Origin: Firmicutes bacterium UBA5509
Lineage (GTDB): Bacteria > Bacillota > Proteinivoracia > UBA4975
Length of the DNA stretch: 64,000 nucleotides
Reading direction: 5' to 3'
Assembly: GCA_002423965.1 (NCBI GenBank)
Contig: DIOR01000027.1
Span: 117,958-181,957 of the forward strand
Of the stretch, positions 8,387-17,762 are shown piece by piece. How positions within the stretch are numbered: the first letter of the stretch is position 1; each line of letters opens with the position of its first letter. The notes under the pieces are model-generated. The model was not told the origin of the DNA and did not search any database. It saw only the letters and a program-made list of their open reading frames with translations. Both the position numbers and the translations under genes were made by a program.

Positions 8387-10227
8387 TGATTCCTCCCCCC
8401 CTGACCCAGCAGCCCCAGCCCCGCCGCCTTGGCCAGGATTTCAGGCTCTTGGCGGCTACCGAATTGCGTTTAACCTGGAACAAGTTGCGCCAGCGGCCCC
8501 TGAAAATCTGGCTGCTAATTCTCTTGCCTTCATTTGGCTTTTTAGCTCTTATGATATTCCTTGCAAAATCAGCTTATGGGGCCATGGGGACCATGCCAGC
8601 GGAATCAATCCAAGGTTTGCTCTCCCTGATCTTTATGGGAGGAGTAATCGGCAGCATATTCTTTGGCGTTACTGCTGCCTTTGTCACCCTCTATATGTCT
8701 GATGATTTGGAAATGCTCTTTGTTGCTCCTGTGTCTACCCGGGCCATTTTCCTCATAAAAACCCTTAAAGTTGCTCTGAGTAATCTTTTTTCCTCCCTCG
8801 TCTTGATCTTTTTACCGGGCCTCTTCTTTGGGCTACTCCTTAAAGCCCATTTTCCTTACTATATCTGGCTAGTTATCATTACCCTGGCCTTGCTGACTTT
8901 GGGCACTGCTTTAGCGGAGCTCATCAATATCGTGGTAATGCGCATTGTCCCTCCCCACCGCAGCAAAGAAGCAATTGGCTTTATCGGTGCCATCAGCGGC
9001 ATTGTCATCGCCCTGTTTTTTCAGATTCCCAGCATGCTAATCAGCAGCAATATTTCAAACCCCGCAGGGTTGCTGGACAGCCAACAGCAGTTGATCCAAG
9101 TCATGAACTGGTTCCCCTGGGGCTGGAGTTCCCGTGCCCTGGCCAATGGTGCCACTGGCAATCATCTCCAGGCCTTGCTCTGGTCTCTCATTACAATGGC
9201 CCTGGCAGTTGCAGTATTTGTTCCCTCTTTTCGTTTGGTGGAAAGGGGCTTTCGCCGGGGCTGGATTTCCCTGAGCCAAGGAGAAGGCGGACGCAAAAAA
9301 TCCAAAGTCCGGAAGACCAAGACTATAGAGCAGACCCCAGAAGGAATCTGGGATAAAGACCTAGCCAAAGCCTCACCTACCATAGGCGTATGGGCTGTGG
9401 CAAAAAAGGATCTCCTCAGCCTAAAACGGGATACCAGAGAGTGGTTTGGCTACCTGACCCCCTTGCTAATCATGGCGTTTTTTGTGGGCAGGGCCCTGTT
9501 ATTTCCCGGCGGCGGCTCTAAAGAAAGTCTAGGTGGCATATTACTGATGTATACCATTATGTTCAGCGGCAATATGGCCCTGCAGGCCTTTGGCCGGGAA
9601 GGAGAATCAGAGTGGATTCTCAACACTGTGCCCCTGGCGGGGTGGCCTGTGGTCTGGGGCAAACTGCTGGCAGCAGTGCTGCCAACCCTGGTCTTAATGG
9701 AATTACTGCTGACGGGTACTGCTATCGCCCTGGGATTTGCCCCTACTATCATCATCGCAATGGCAATAGGCGCCGTTTTAATATCTCTTGGGGCCAGCGC
9801 CATCGGCCTGTTCTATTCCATTAACAACTGTCGCTACAACCCAGATAATCCCCAGCAAAAAATCAACACCGGTGCCTATTACTTGATGATCCTAATCAAT
9901 GGGCTGTTTGCTGGCTTACTGGCTCTGTGCCTGTTATATACCTTTCCCCCGGCTCCTCTGCTGGACTTGGTCCTCCAGCTACCGGCTGTGCCCTTTACCT
10001 GGGGATTCCCTGAGACCATAACATGGCTGCTTTACATCCTCAGCCGCCCCTTAACCTGGGGGCCTGTCCTGCGGATCTTTGCAGGGCTAACAGTAACCCT
10101 AGGGGTCTGGGCAGCAGTCTTTTCCGGTTTCATGGCAGCCACTGTCCGCCAAAGCCGCAAAGGTTTTCGAGTCCAGCTGGCCACCGGACAAAAAAGAGGA
10201 CGGCCCTTGAAATTATCAAAACTCTAG
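8383..10227 (+). CDS. Putative ABC exporter permease (large, about 12-14 TM)
   Basis: 614 aa; two hydrophobic halves with DLEMLFVAP and FGREG motifs; coupled to the ATPase. Confidence 0.8.
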   Translation: MMIPPPLTQQPQPRRLGQDFRLLAATELRLTWNKLRQRPLKIWLLILLPSFGFLALMIFLAKSAYGAMGTMPAESIQGLLSLIFMGGVIGSIFFGVTAAFVTLYMSDDLEMLFVAPVSTRAIFLIKTLKVALSNLFSSLVLIFLPGLFFGLLLKAHFPYYIWLVIITLALLTLGTALAELINIVVMRIVPPHRSKEAIGFIGAISGIVIALFFQIPSMLISSNISNPAGLLDSQQQLIQVMNWFPWGWSSRALANGATGNHLQALLWSLITMALAVAVFVPSFRLVERGFRRGWISLSQGEGGRKKSKVRKTKTIEQTPEGIWDKDLAKASPTIGVWAVAKKDLLSLKRDTREWFGYLTPLLIMAFFVGRALLFPGGGSKESLGGILLMYTIMFSGNMALQAFGREGESEWILNTVPLAGWPVVWGKLLAAVLPTLVLMELLLTGTAIALGFAPTIIIAMAIGAVLISLGASAIGLFYSINNCRYNPDNPQQKINTGAYYLMILINGLFAGLLALCLLYTFPPAPLLDLVLQLPAVPFTWGFPETITWLLYILSRPLTWGPVLRIFAGLTVTLGVWAAVFSGFMAATVRQSRKGFRVQLATGQKRGRPLKLSKL

Positions 10228-10254
10228 GGACCTCATATCAGGAGGAGATAAAGC

Positions 10255-10977
10255 ATGAATATCGGTGAAGAATTTTTTGAGAAAACTAAGTATCCCAATA
10301 TCAGTGAATCGGACCAAGAGAAAAAGCTACCCCATCCCCCCTTAGAAACACCTCAGGGGGGAGAGGCAATAGACCTTCCTGACCCAACAGGCCTTAGCCT
10401 CCAAACAGTTAGCCTTACTGAAGCAATCAATAGCCGCCGCAGCCGGCGAAAATTCAGCACCCAGCCTCTTAGCCAAGAAGAACTATCTTGGCTGCTCTGG
10501 GCCACCCAGGGTGTCCAAAAGCAAGGAGATATTAGGACTGTTCGCACCGTGCCATCTGCTGGCGGTCGCCATCCCTTTGACACCTACCTGGCCATCGCCA
10601 ATGTCACCGGCCTTGAGCCCGGCCTGTACCGGTACTTGGCCCTTTCCCATCAGCTGGTCCTAATTCGAGAAGACAAGGATATCAATGAGCTCATCGCCGC
10701 CATCTGCCGGGAGCAAAAGTGGATAGCTGAAGCTGCCGTAACATTTCTTTGGATTGCCGTGCCCTATCGCTCCGCCTGGCGGTACAGCCAAAGAGCATGG
10801 CGATACCTATTTCTGGATGCCGGTCATGTTTGCCAGAATCTCTACCTGGCCTGTGAGGCAGTTGATGCAGGTTGCTGCGCCGTTAACGCCTTTGACGATG
10901 ACGCCCTCAACCAGTACCTAGACCTGGACGGAAAGAGCAGATTCGCCATCTACCTTGCCCCTGCAGGTCATAAATAA
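10255..10977 (+). CDS. SagB/ThcOx-type nitroreductase-family dehydrogenase
   Basis: RRSRRKF, RTVPSAGGRHP, LDAGHVCQNLYL. Confidence 0.9.
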   Translation: MNIGEEFFEKTKYPNISESDQEKKLPHPPLETPQGGEAIDLPDPTGLSLQTVSLTEAINSRRSRRKFSTQPLSQEELSWLLWATQGVQKQGDIRTVRTVPSAGGRHPFDTYLAIANVTGLEPGLYRYLALSHQLVLIREDKDINELIAAICREQKWIAEAAVTFLWIAVPYRSAWRYSQRAWRYLFLDAGHVCQNLYLACEAVDAGCCAVNAFDDDALNQYLDLDGKSRFAIYLAPAGHK

Positions 10978-11660
10978 TGGCCAACCATTCTTGTCCCTGT
11001 GAGCATATTTGCGCCTCCCGGGTGCCTATTTTTCAGCATCTTAGCCCTCAGGAGCTTGGCCGTTTTAACGACATCCTCATCACCAAGGACTACGCTGACG
11101 GCGATATTATATACTGCCAGGACAGTCCTGCTCAGATGCTGTGTATCGTCAATACCGGAACCGTCAAATTGTTTAAGACCTCCCCGGAGGGAAAAGAACA
11201 AGTGCTGCGGCTCCTAAAGCCTGGAGACTTTTTTGGCGAAGCAGTGCTCTTCGGGGAGCATGACCGCAGTTCCTCCGCTCAAGCTCTGGGACCAGCAAAG
11301 ATCTGCCAACTAGATAAGTACTTGGCCGAGGACATCATTAACCGCAATCCTGAAACATCCCGCAAACTTATTGCTGCCCTCAACCTGCGCCTCACACAAG
11401 CTGAAGAGCAAATTGAGTACTTGGGCACTCGCTCAACCCTACAGCGAGTGGCCCGCCTCATTGTAGACCTTGCAGAAGAACAGGATAGCACAACTGTGAC
11501 CCTGCCCCTAAGCAGGGAGGGTCTTGCCAGCCTTACTGGAATGACGGTTGAAAATTTCAGTCGCAAGCTCAGTGAGCTGACGGACCAAGGATTAATCACC
11601 ACCAAAGGCCGCAAGCTAGTATTGGTGAGAGATATGGAAAATCTAACGGCGCTGACATAA
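10977..11660 (+). CDS. Crp/Fnr-family regulator (Flp-like)
   Basis: cNMP-binding fold (GDFFGE), HTH ENFSRKL, Cys/His-rich N-terminus HSCPCEHICASRVPIF. Confidence 0.9.
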   Translation: MANHSCPCEHICASRVPIFQHLSPQELGRFNDILITKDYADGDIIYCQDSPAQMLCIVNTGTVKLFKTSPEGKEQVLRLLKPGDFFGEAVLFGEHDRSSSAQALGPAKICQLDKYLAEDIINRNPETSRKLIAALNLRLTQAEEQIEYLGTRSTLQRVARLIVDLAEEQDSTTVTLPLSREGLASLTGMTVENFSRKLSELTDQGLITTKGRKLVLVRDMENLTALT

Positions 11661-11673
11661 AAAAAGGAACCAC

Positions 11674-11712
11674 AATAAACCAGACAGTCCAAATTGGGCT
11701 GCCTGGTTTATT
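11674..11712 (+). terminator. Intrinsic terminator
   Basis: AATAAACCAG...CTGGTTTATT stem after the crp/fnr gene. Confidence 0.65.
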
Positions 11713-11756
11713 TAATAATCAGCATAAAATTTAGTTCTAAAATGTTTTTTGCTAAT

Positions 11757-11798
11757 TTGATTTTTATCATGTTTTACCTTGCAGTTTTCACCCATAAT
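11757..11798 (+). promoter_or_regulatory. Fnr-type box with class II promoter geometry
   Basis: TTGAT-TTTT-ATCAT (11757-11770; 9/10 to TTGAT-N4-ATCAA) and -10 CATAAT at 11793-11798, placing the box centre at about -41.5. Confidence 0.7.
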
Positions 11799-11831
11799 AA
11801 AGACAGATACTAAAGAAAAGGAGTGCTAAAG

Positions 11832-12071
11832 ATGACAAAAACGATTACCCTACTAGGTGTTGAAGGGTGCCCCACTTGCGCCCGCTTGGATTTAAAAGTT
11901 AAGGAGGCAATGGCTGCCCTAGACACACCGATTACCGTTGAGAAGATAACTGATCCAGCAAAAATTATGGAAATCAACGCCGGTGGCCTGCCTGCAGTCT
12001 TAGTTGACGGAGAAGTAAAGGCCCTGCGTCGAGTTCCAGAATTAGAGGAATTAGTAGAATGGCTGCAGTAA
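11832..12071 (+). CDS. Small thioredoxin-like redox-active disulfide protein
   Basis: CPTC motif, PAVLVDGEVK; RBS AAGGAG favours ATG 11832. Confidence 0.8.
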   Translation: MTKTITLLGVEGCPTCARLDLKVKEAMAALDTPITVEKITDPAKIMEINAGGLPAVLVDGEVKALRRVPELEELVEWLQ

Positions 12072-12292
12072 AAGTAACAGCACGTTTGGAGAACCTTTCC
12101 TGCCCCAGTTGTGCCGACATGATTACTAATGTCCTGGGTAAAGTCAAAGGTGTTAAAGAAGTAGAGGTCCGCTACACCACTAGCAAGCTCCTGGTCACCT
12201 ACGATGATGAAATCACTACCTGGGAAGAACTTCAGGATAAAGTAACTAAGCTGGGATACGGAATCGCCAGCAAGTCACAAAGGAGGGATTAA
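12059..12292 (+). CDS. Heavy-metal-associated (HMA) domain chaperone
   Basis: LSCPSC, 77 aa, ends KLGY-like. Confidence 0.85.
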   Translation: MAAVKVTARLENLSCPSCADMITNVLGKVKGVKEVEVRYTTSKLLVTYDDEITTWEELQDKVTKLGYGIASKSQRRD

Positions 12293-12293
12293 G

Positions 12294-14174
12294 ATGACTG
12301 CCGCCACAAAACCCATGCCCGGTGCCACCAGCCTGTGGCTTCGTAAAAACGAAAGACTTTTGATCCTAATAGTATCCGGCTTCCTAATCCTACTAGGCTG
12401 GTTAGTGGGACGAATCTCTCCCACAGCCCGTGCCATTCTTATGGTTGCCGCGGCCATTGTGGCGGGCTATCGCATCGCCCAAACAGCCTGGATTGCCCTT
12501 AGGGCCAAGGTGGTTAGCATCCAGCTCCTGGTCACCATCGCCGCCATCGGTGGCATCTTCATTGGGGAGCAATGGGAAGCCGCCGCCGTCACATTTCTCT
12601 TTGCCCTGGGGAATTACCTGGAGGCCAGGACCTTAAACAAGACCAGGGATGCCATTCAACAACTCCTTGAAATGGCCCCGGCCTCTGCCATCGTTATCCG
12701 CAATGGTGAAGAAGTGGAAGTGGATCCCGAAGAAGTGGAAACAGGAGAAATCGTCCTGGCCCGCTCCGGCACCAAAATTCCTGTAGACGGCATCATTGTT
12801 AAGGGTAGTGCCTCGGTAAACCAGGCCGCCATCACCGGCGAATCGGTGCCAGTGGATTTGGTGGAAGGGGATCAGGTCTTCAGCAGCACTATAGTTGAAG
12901 CAGGCTACCTAGAAATAAATGCCCAACGGGTTGGCGAAGACACCACCTTCTCCCACATCCTGCACATGGTTGAAGAGGCCCAGGAACGCAAGGCCCCCAC
13001 CCAGAAATTCATAGAAAAATTCTCTCGCTGGTATACCCCCTCCATCATTGCCCTGGCAGTAGTAGTTGGTCTGATTACTAAAAACCTTCACATGGCCCTG
13101 ACCCTCTTGGTCATTGGCTGCCCAGGGGCCTTAGTAATCTCCACACCAATTTCCATGGTGGCCGGCATCGGCAACGCCGCCAAATCCGGTGTCTTAGTTA
13201 AAGGAGGAGAATTCCTGGAGAAGGCTGGCAAAGTTACCCTAGTGGCCTTTGACAAGACCGGCACCCTCACCTTGGGCAGACCAGAAGTCACAGGAGTTAT
13301 GGCCAAAGAAGACGGTGAAGAAGAACTGGTCCGCCTGGCGGCAGCCGTGGAAAAGGGCTCTGAACACCATATTGGCCGAGCCATAGTACGCCGGGCTGAA
13401 AATCAGGCATTACCTGAAGCAACTGACATTCAGGTCTTCCCTGGGGGTGGAATCTCCGGCATGGTAGAGGGCAAGAAAATACTGGTGGGCAACCCACGCC
13501 TCCTCAATGAGCAAGGGGTCTCCCTTCCCGATGAAGTTAAGGGCTGGATGACTGAACGAGAAGAGAAAGGCGAAACTGCTGTGCCAGTTGCTGTTGATAG
13601 CCAAGTCTTGGGAGTGGTGGCCATCGCCGACACCCTTCGCACCGAAGCTAAGGAAGCTATTGCCGAACTTAGTCGTAGCGGAAAAAAAGTAGTAATGCTG
13701 ACAGGAGATAACCCCCGCACCGCCAAGGCAATAGGCGACCAACTGGGCTTAGACGAAGTTAAGGCCAACCTCATGCCCGTGGAAAAGGTCAAGGCCATCC
13801 AAGACTATCGTGCCCAAGGCCATGTTGTTGCCATGGTGGGTGACGGCATCAATGACACCCCAGCCCTGGCCGAAGCAGATTTAGGAATAGCCATGGGGGC
13901 AGCCGGCACCGATGCCGCCATCGAAACTGCCGACCTCACCTTGATGAGCGATAACCTCAACCGGTTGACTAGGGCCCTGCACCTGGGCAAGGCCACCCTC
14001 AACAATATTCGTCAAAACGTCTGGTTTGCCGTCGCCGTAGTCTTTATCCTAGTTATAGGGGTTCTTGGTCAGAAGGTCTTCTTGGCCACCGGTATGTTGG
14101 CTCACGAAGCCAGCGTCATGCTGGTCATCCTCAACGCCATGCGCCTTAGGACCTGGAAGACGCGAACCCGTTGA
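12294..14174 (+). CDS. Heavy-metal translocating P1B-type ATPase
   Basis: TGES, CPGALVISTP, DKTGTLT, SEHH, MVGDGIND, HEAS in the last TM. Confidence 0.93.
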   Translation: MTAATKPMPGATSLWLRKNERLLILIVSGFLILLGWLVGRISPTARAILMVAAAIVAGYRIAQTAWIALRAKVVSIQLLVTIAAIGGIFIGEQWEAAAVTFLFALGNYLEARTLNKTRDAIQQLLEMAPASAIVIRNGEEVEVDPEEVETGEIVLARSGTKIPVDGIIVKGSASVNQAAITGESVPVDLVEGDQVFSSTIVEAGYLEINAQRVGEDTTFSHILHMVEEAQERKAPTQKFIEKFSRWYTPSIIALAVVVGLITKNLHMALTLLVIGCPGALVISTPISMVAGIGNAAKSGVLVKGGEFLEKAGKVTLVAFDKTGTLTLGRPEVTGVMAKEDGEEELVRLAAAVEKGSEHHIGRAIVRRAENQALPEATDIQVFPGGGISGMVEGKKILVGNPRLLNEQGVSLPDEVKGWMTEREEKGETAVPVAVDSQVLGVVAIADTLRTEAKEAIAELSRSGKKVVMLTGDNPRTAKAIGDQLGLDEVKANLMPVEKVKAIQDYRAQGHVVAMVGDGINDTPALAEADLGIAMGAAGTDAAIETADLTLMSDNLNRLTRALHLGKATLNNIRQNVWFAVAVVFILVIGVLGQKVFLATGMLAHEASVMLVILNAMRLRTWKTRTR

Positions 14175-14187
14175 CATCATAAATAGA

Positions 14188-14222
14188 AAAAACGCCTCTC
14201 CGAAAAGGAGAAGCGTTTTCTT
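14188..14222. terminator. Bidirectional terminator
   Basis: AAAAACGCCTCTCC-GAAAA-GGAGAAGCGTTTT between convergent genes. Confidence 0.7.
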
Positions 14223-15125
14223 TTAGTCATCCCAAGGGAGAATAGCAATGGTCTTCCAGATAAGGAACCCCCGTTCCCCAGGATATTTGTAGATATAGCA
14301 TTCCACATCGGGATCCAGGAGGATCCGTGAGACTACTATCCCTTCATCACTGCGGCTGTGAGTCTCCACTATTGTATATGCACAATCAGGATGCAAACTG
14401 ATGGAATCAGGAATGTTATCAGGAGTAATGACAGTAGCCCTAATAACTTCATCCCTGTCATTCATTTCCTTTACTATCTCTTGCTCCGGCGGGTCAACCA
14501 TTTCAACAGTTAAAGTAAGCTTCAAAGTAAACTTTCCATCTTTGCTTGTCTCGTCCAAGGAAGTAGACATTGTGCCATCGCTAATATAATAGCCCGCCCC
14601 AGCACGCATGTAAACCTCTCCCTCGGGACTTTGAAAGACATTGCTAATATACAAAATCGTATTTTCTAGAGCATAAAGTGTGCCTGTTAGGGTGATTACC
14701 TCGTTGTTTTCAGTAATGGTGAAATCCTCAAGATCCTCAAGGAGGATGTCTTCATTTAAAAGCTTATTCACCTCCGAGTTGAAGTGAATGGTAATCTGGC
14801 TAACAAAAATTTCAGGGTCACTTATGGTCGTCTTGTAGCTATGAAATTCATCCTCCCCCATTACTGTTGCTTCAAAGAAAGCTATCCCTGGGATGTCCTC
14901 AAACTTGAAGGTTGTGGTCTCATATCCATCTTCCTCAACTACTAATATCTCCTTTGCATAGATAGCTTCATCAGAGGGGAGGTGAGTAAATGTCACATAG
15001 ACACCGATTATTTTGTCCTGAGATTGGTCTTCTCCTGGACCGAGATACTCCTTGGCCAACTGACAACCCCCTAGACAACCGCAGGCTAAGATCACGCACA
15101 CTAGCCACACTAATTTCTTAAACAT
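14223..15125 (-). CDS. Hypothetical acidic lipoprotein
   Basis: Signal peptide with Cys-containing lipobox-like end (LGGC); coupled to the HTH gene. Confidence 0.65.
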   Translation of the reverse strand: MFKKLVWLVCVILACGCLGGCQLAKEYLGPGEDQSQDKIIGVYVTFTHLPSDEAIYAKEILVVEEDGYETTTFKFEDIPGIAFFEATVMGEDEFHSYKTTISDPEIFVSQITIHFNSEVNKLLNEDILLEDLEDFTITENNEVITLTGTLYALENTILYISNVFQSPEGEVYMRAGAGYYISDGTMSTSLDETSKDGKFTLKLTLTVEMVDPPEQEIVKEMNDRDEVIRATVITPDNIPDSISLHPDCAYTIVETHSRSDEGIVVSRILLDPDVECYIYKYPGERGFLIWKTIAILPWDD

Positions 15126-15346
15126 TAACTATCCTCCTCTAAATTCCCATCAAATTTTAGGATGTCCCCTACATCGCATTCCAGGTAGTAGCAAATCTTA
15201 TTGATGGTGCTAAAGCGCACCCCCTTGGCTTTGCCGGAACGTAGAATAGACAAGTTGGCCTCAGTAATATTCACCAAAGCACATAATTCCTTAGAAGTTA
15301 TATTTCTCTCTTTGAGCACGTCCGCTAGTTTAACTTGTATAGCCAT
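15125..15346 (-). CDS. YozG-like Cro/C1 HTH regulator
   Basis: ITEANLSILRSGKAKGVRFSTI...CDVGDIL. Confidence 0.9.
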   Translation of the reverse strand: MAIQVKLADVLKERNITSKELCALVNITEANLSILRSGKAKGVRFSTINKICYYLECDVGDILKFDGNLEEDS

Positions 15347-15357
15347 CTTATCTACTC

Positions 15358-16329
15358 CTAGATATACAATTGGTTGTCTTGATGGAGCTTGCTGCTGTCA
15401 GCAAAATATTGAGCGAGGACAAGCAAAATCAGGGTCAGCACCAGTGAAGTAACAGGAACCTGGGCTGAGAAATCGTAGTTTAGCAGTGAGCGGCTAAAAA
15501 GCAATTGCAGTAAATTTACAGCTATGGAGCAGATTACAGTTGTTACCACTGTCACCTTGCATAAGCCCCCCAGCCTTCCCGCTACTCTTACCATTTCTTC
15601 TCCGTACTTATCCTGTTTTAAAGCTGCCGCAAGTTTTATTGCCAATAGCAGGACACCAATGCTGAGAATTACAGGAAATTGCCGCAACACATAACCGATG
15701 ACGATGAAATTGGTGGTTGCCGCTAAGGGAATAATAGGCTCGGGATTAGAGCTTTTTACATCTTGAATAGTGGCTCTCACGTCAATGACATTAAGGTAGA
15801 ATACACTAAATACCAGGACTATGGCTATGAGGGCTAGGAGCAGCTGTAGCCAGTCCAACATTCCGAATGTCTTGTTCCTAGTAACTCCCCTTAAGAGTGT
15901 AAGGATAAGGTAGCCAGTGAGAACTGAATAAAAGCATATACTCAACACCGTCTTCCCCATACTGCTAAACTCCTCAAAGGCAAAGAGATTCGTGAGTAAA
16001 TCAGGATTTATCATGTAGTACATCATGAAAAAGAGTATAGCGCTCATTACCAGCAGCAGGAAATCCTCGATATGAAATTTCTTCTTCATCACACGCCAGA
16101 GAAAAAACAGCATGGGACACAAGCTAATAGCCCCGTAAATCAGGATCGCTACTACGTTGCCAAAGGACCCAGAAAGCGACAGGGTCCTTAGCCACCCTCC
16201 TATCTCAACGAAAGGAGTGGATATTACACCAAAAACCGCTTCGGCAGAAGGGGGAGCGATGCACAGTGCCGCCAACAGGCATAAGATCGCCCCTATGCCC
16301 AACACAATCACCAGGACTTTAATTCTCAA
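15358..16329 (-). CDS. DUF2975-like membrane protein
   Basis: Multi-TM; C-terminal FADSSKLHQDNQLYI typical of DUF2975; directly upstream of yozG-like gene; GGAGG favours TTG 16329. Confidence 0.7.
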   Translation of the reverse strand: MRIKVLVIVLGIGAILCLLAALCIAPPSAEAVFGVISTPFVEIGGWLRTLSLSGSFGNVVAILIYGAISLCPMLFFLWRVMKKKFHIEDFLLLVMSAILFFMMYYMINPDLLTNLFAFEEFSSMGKTVLSICFYSVLTGYLILTLLRGVTRNKTFGMLDWLQLLLALIAIVLVFSVFYLNVIDVRATIQDVKSSNPEPIIPLAATTNFIVIGYVLRQFPVILSIGVLLLAIKLAAALKQDKYGEEMVRVAGRLGGLCKVTVVTTVICSIAVNLLQLLFSRSLLNYDFSAQVPVTSLVLTLILLVLAQYFADSSKLHQDNQLYI

Positions 16330-16343
16330 GAGTACCACCTCCG

Positions 16344-16407
16344 ATTATCATATTTCAATAATTACGCCTTTAAAATAGCAGGTAAATTATCGTTTGTCAA
16401 CAATAAT
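16344..16407 (-). promoter_or_regulatory. sigA promoter with ATTATC...AATAAT operator-like palindromes
   Basis: TTGACA (16400-16395)-17 bp-TATTTT with extended TG; imperfect palindromes at 16344-16362 and 16386-16407. Confidence 0.6.
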
Positions 16408-16983
16408 CGAACAGACCTTGGGAACCAAATCCTATAAGACCTGAACCGGGCATAAGCCCGGTTCAGTATATTAACAAACGCCGCAATCTCCAGCGATTCG
16501 GCAACCTGCCGCGGGTACCGCAATGACGGCAAGATATTCGCCGAAGAGGCGTTTGGGGGCAGGGTATGGCTCAATGAGCTACTATAATAAAATAACCAAC
16601 TCCTGCCTGCTTTAGTGTATTACCCCGCGCCCCTGGAGGTGCCAGACGACAAAAAGTATACCCCTCGTGCCGGGGATATAAGTACAGCAAAGCGGCGGCC
16701 TCGATTGCTCAAAACCGCCGCCCTCGGCTTCGTACATTGGCACTATCTCAAGGTGCATTCCCGCATCCTGCCTAACCAAAACAATGTATTTGTCCGGCGG
16801 AAGGCTAAGCTCCTCCTTGATCTGCCAAACTCATTTTTACGTCCCGTGCCATTGTTGTCATCTTTATGCTACAACCGTACACGGGTTTGACAATGGTTTA
16901 ACTGCAAGAAAAAGTAAAACGACATAGCCAGAGCCTTGCCGTTTTTACTTCCTTGTGAGTGCCTCGTTAAAGGGCCTTGTCTA

Positions 16984-17700
16984 TTAGATTAATACCCCTA
17001 CTATAAACCCCACCACCAAACCAATAGTAGCTAAGTAATGATGATAATTCCTGGCGTGGGGAATGAGCTCATCCCCAACAATATAGAACATCGCTCCTGC
17101 AGCAAAGCCAAGGGCCACCGCCACAAAACCGGGACTGGACTGAAAGGCGATACCGCCCACTGCAGCGCCCACCACAGTCATCAGACCGGCGCCAGCAGTA
17201 AGAGCCAACACCTTAAAGGGCTTCTCCCCTCCCAGGCGTAAAGGCACTGCCGTGGCCATCCCCTCAGGAACATTGTGAATACCAATGGCAAGTGCGATGG
17301 CAAGTCCCAGACTGGGATTAGCCACCATTCCCGCCCCTATAGCTAGACCTTCGGCTACATTATGTACCCCAATGCCAAGGAATATTAGGTACCCTACCTT
17401 TAACATTGCAACCTTGCCATCCTCACACCCGTTTGAAAAATGAATATGGGGAATCAGATGATCCAGCAAGTGCATAAATGAAGCGCCTAATAAAAAACCT
17501 AACAAGGAAGTGAAAGTGCCACCAATTTCTATTGCCTCAGGCATAAGCTCCATTGTTGCCACAGCTAACATTACACCACCTGCAAAACCTAACAAGGCAG
17601 ATATTAGTTTAGTGGTCGGCTTCCCTGCAATAAGCACTATGCCGGCGCCAAGGGCTGTCGCCAACCCTGCCACCGTACTATAAAATAAAATTTCTCCCAT
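16984..17700 (-). CDS. zupT: ZIP-family metal transporter
   Basis: HNVAEGLAIG, IGIHNVPEG, ELIP. Confidence 0.9.
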   Translation of the reverse strand: MGEILFYSTVAGLATALGAGIVLIAGKPTTKLISALLGFAGGVMLAVATMELMPEAIEIGGTFTSLLGFLLGASFMHLLDHLIPHIHFSNGCEDGKVAMLKVGYLIFLGIGVHNVAEGLAIGAGMVANPSLGLAIALAIGIHNVPEGMATAVPLRLGGEKPFKVLALTAGAGLMTVVGAAVGGIAFQSSPGFVAVALGFAAGAMFYIVGDELIPHARNYHHYLATIGLVVGFIVGVLI

Positions 17701-17762
17701 TCCTCAACCTCCTGCACCAGATTTCATCGAAGCCAGTGTAAACTAGCCTCACTAATTATACA

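Noticed and set aside
7610-10977. Thiazole/oxazole RiPP cluster (ABC exporter + SagB-like dehydrogenase)
   Set aside because: No YcaO, E1-like protein or Cys/Ser/Thr-rich precursor; stand-alone SagB-like nitroreductases are common.
16362-16890. ORFs 16362-16574 (-) and 16615-16890 (+)
   Set aside because: No RBS or recognisable motifs; the first overlaps the DUF2975 promoter.
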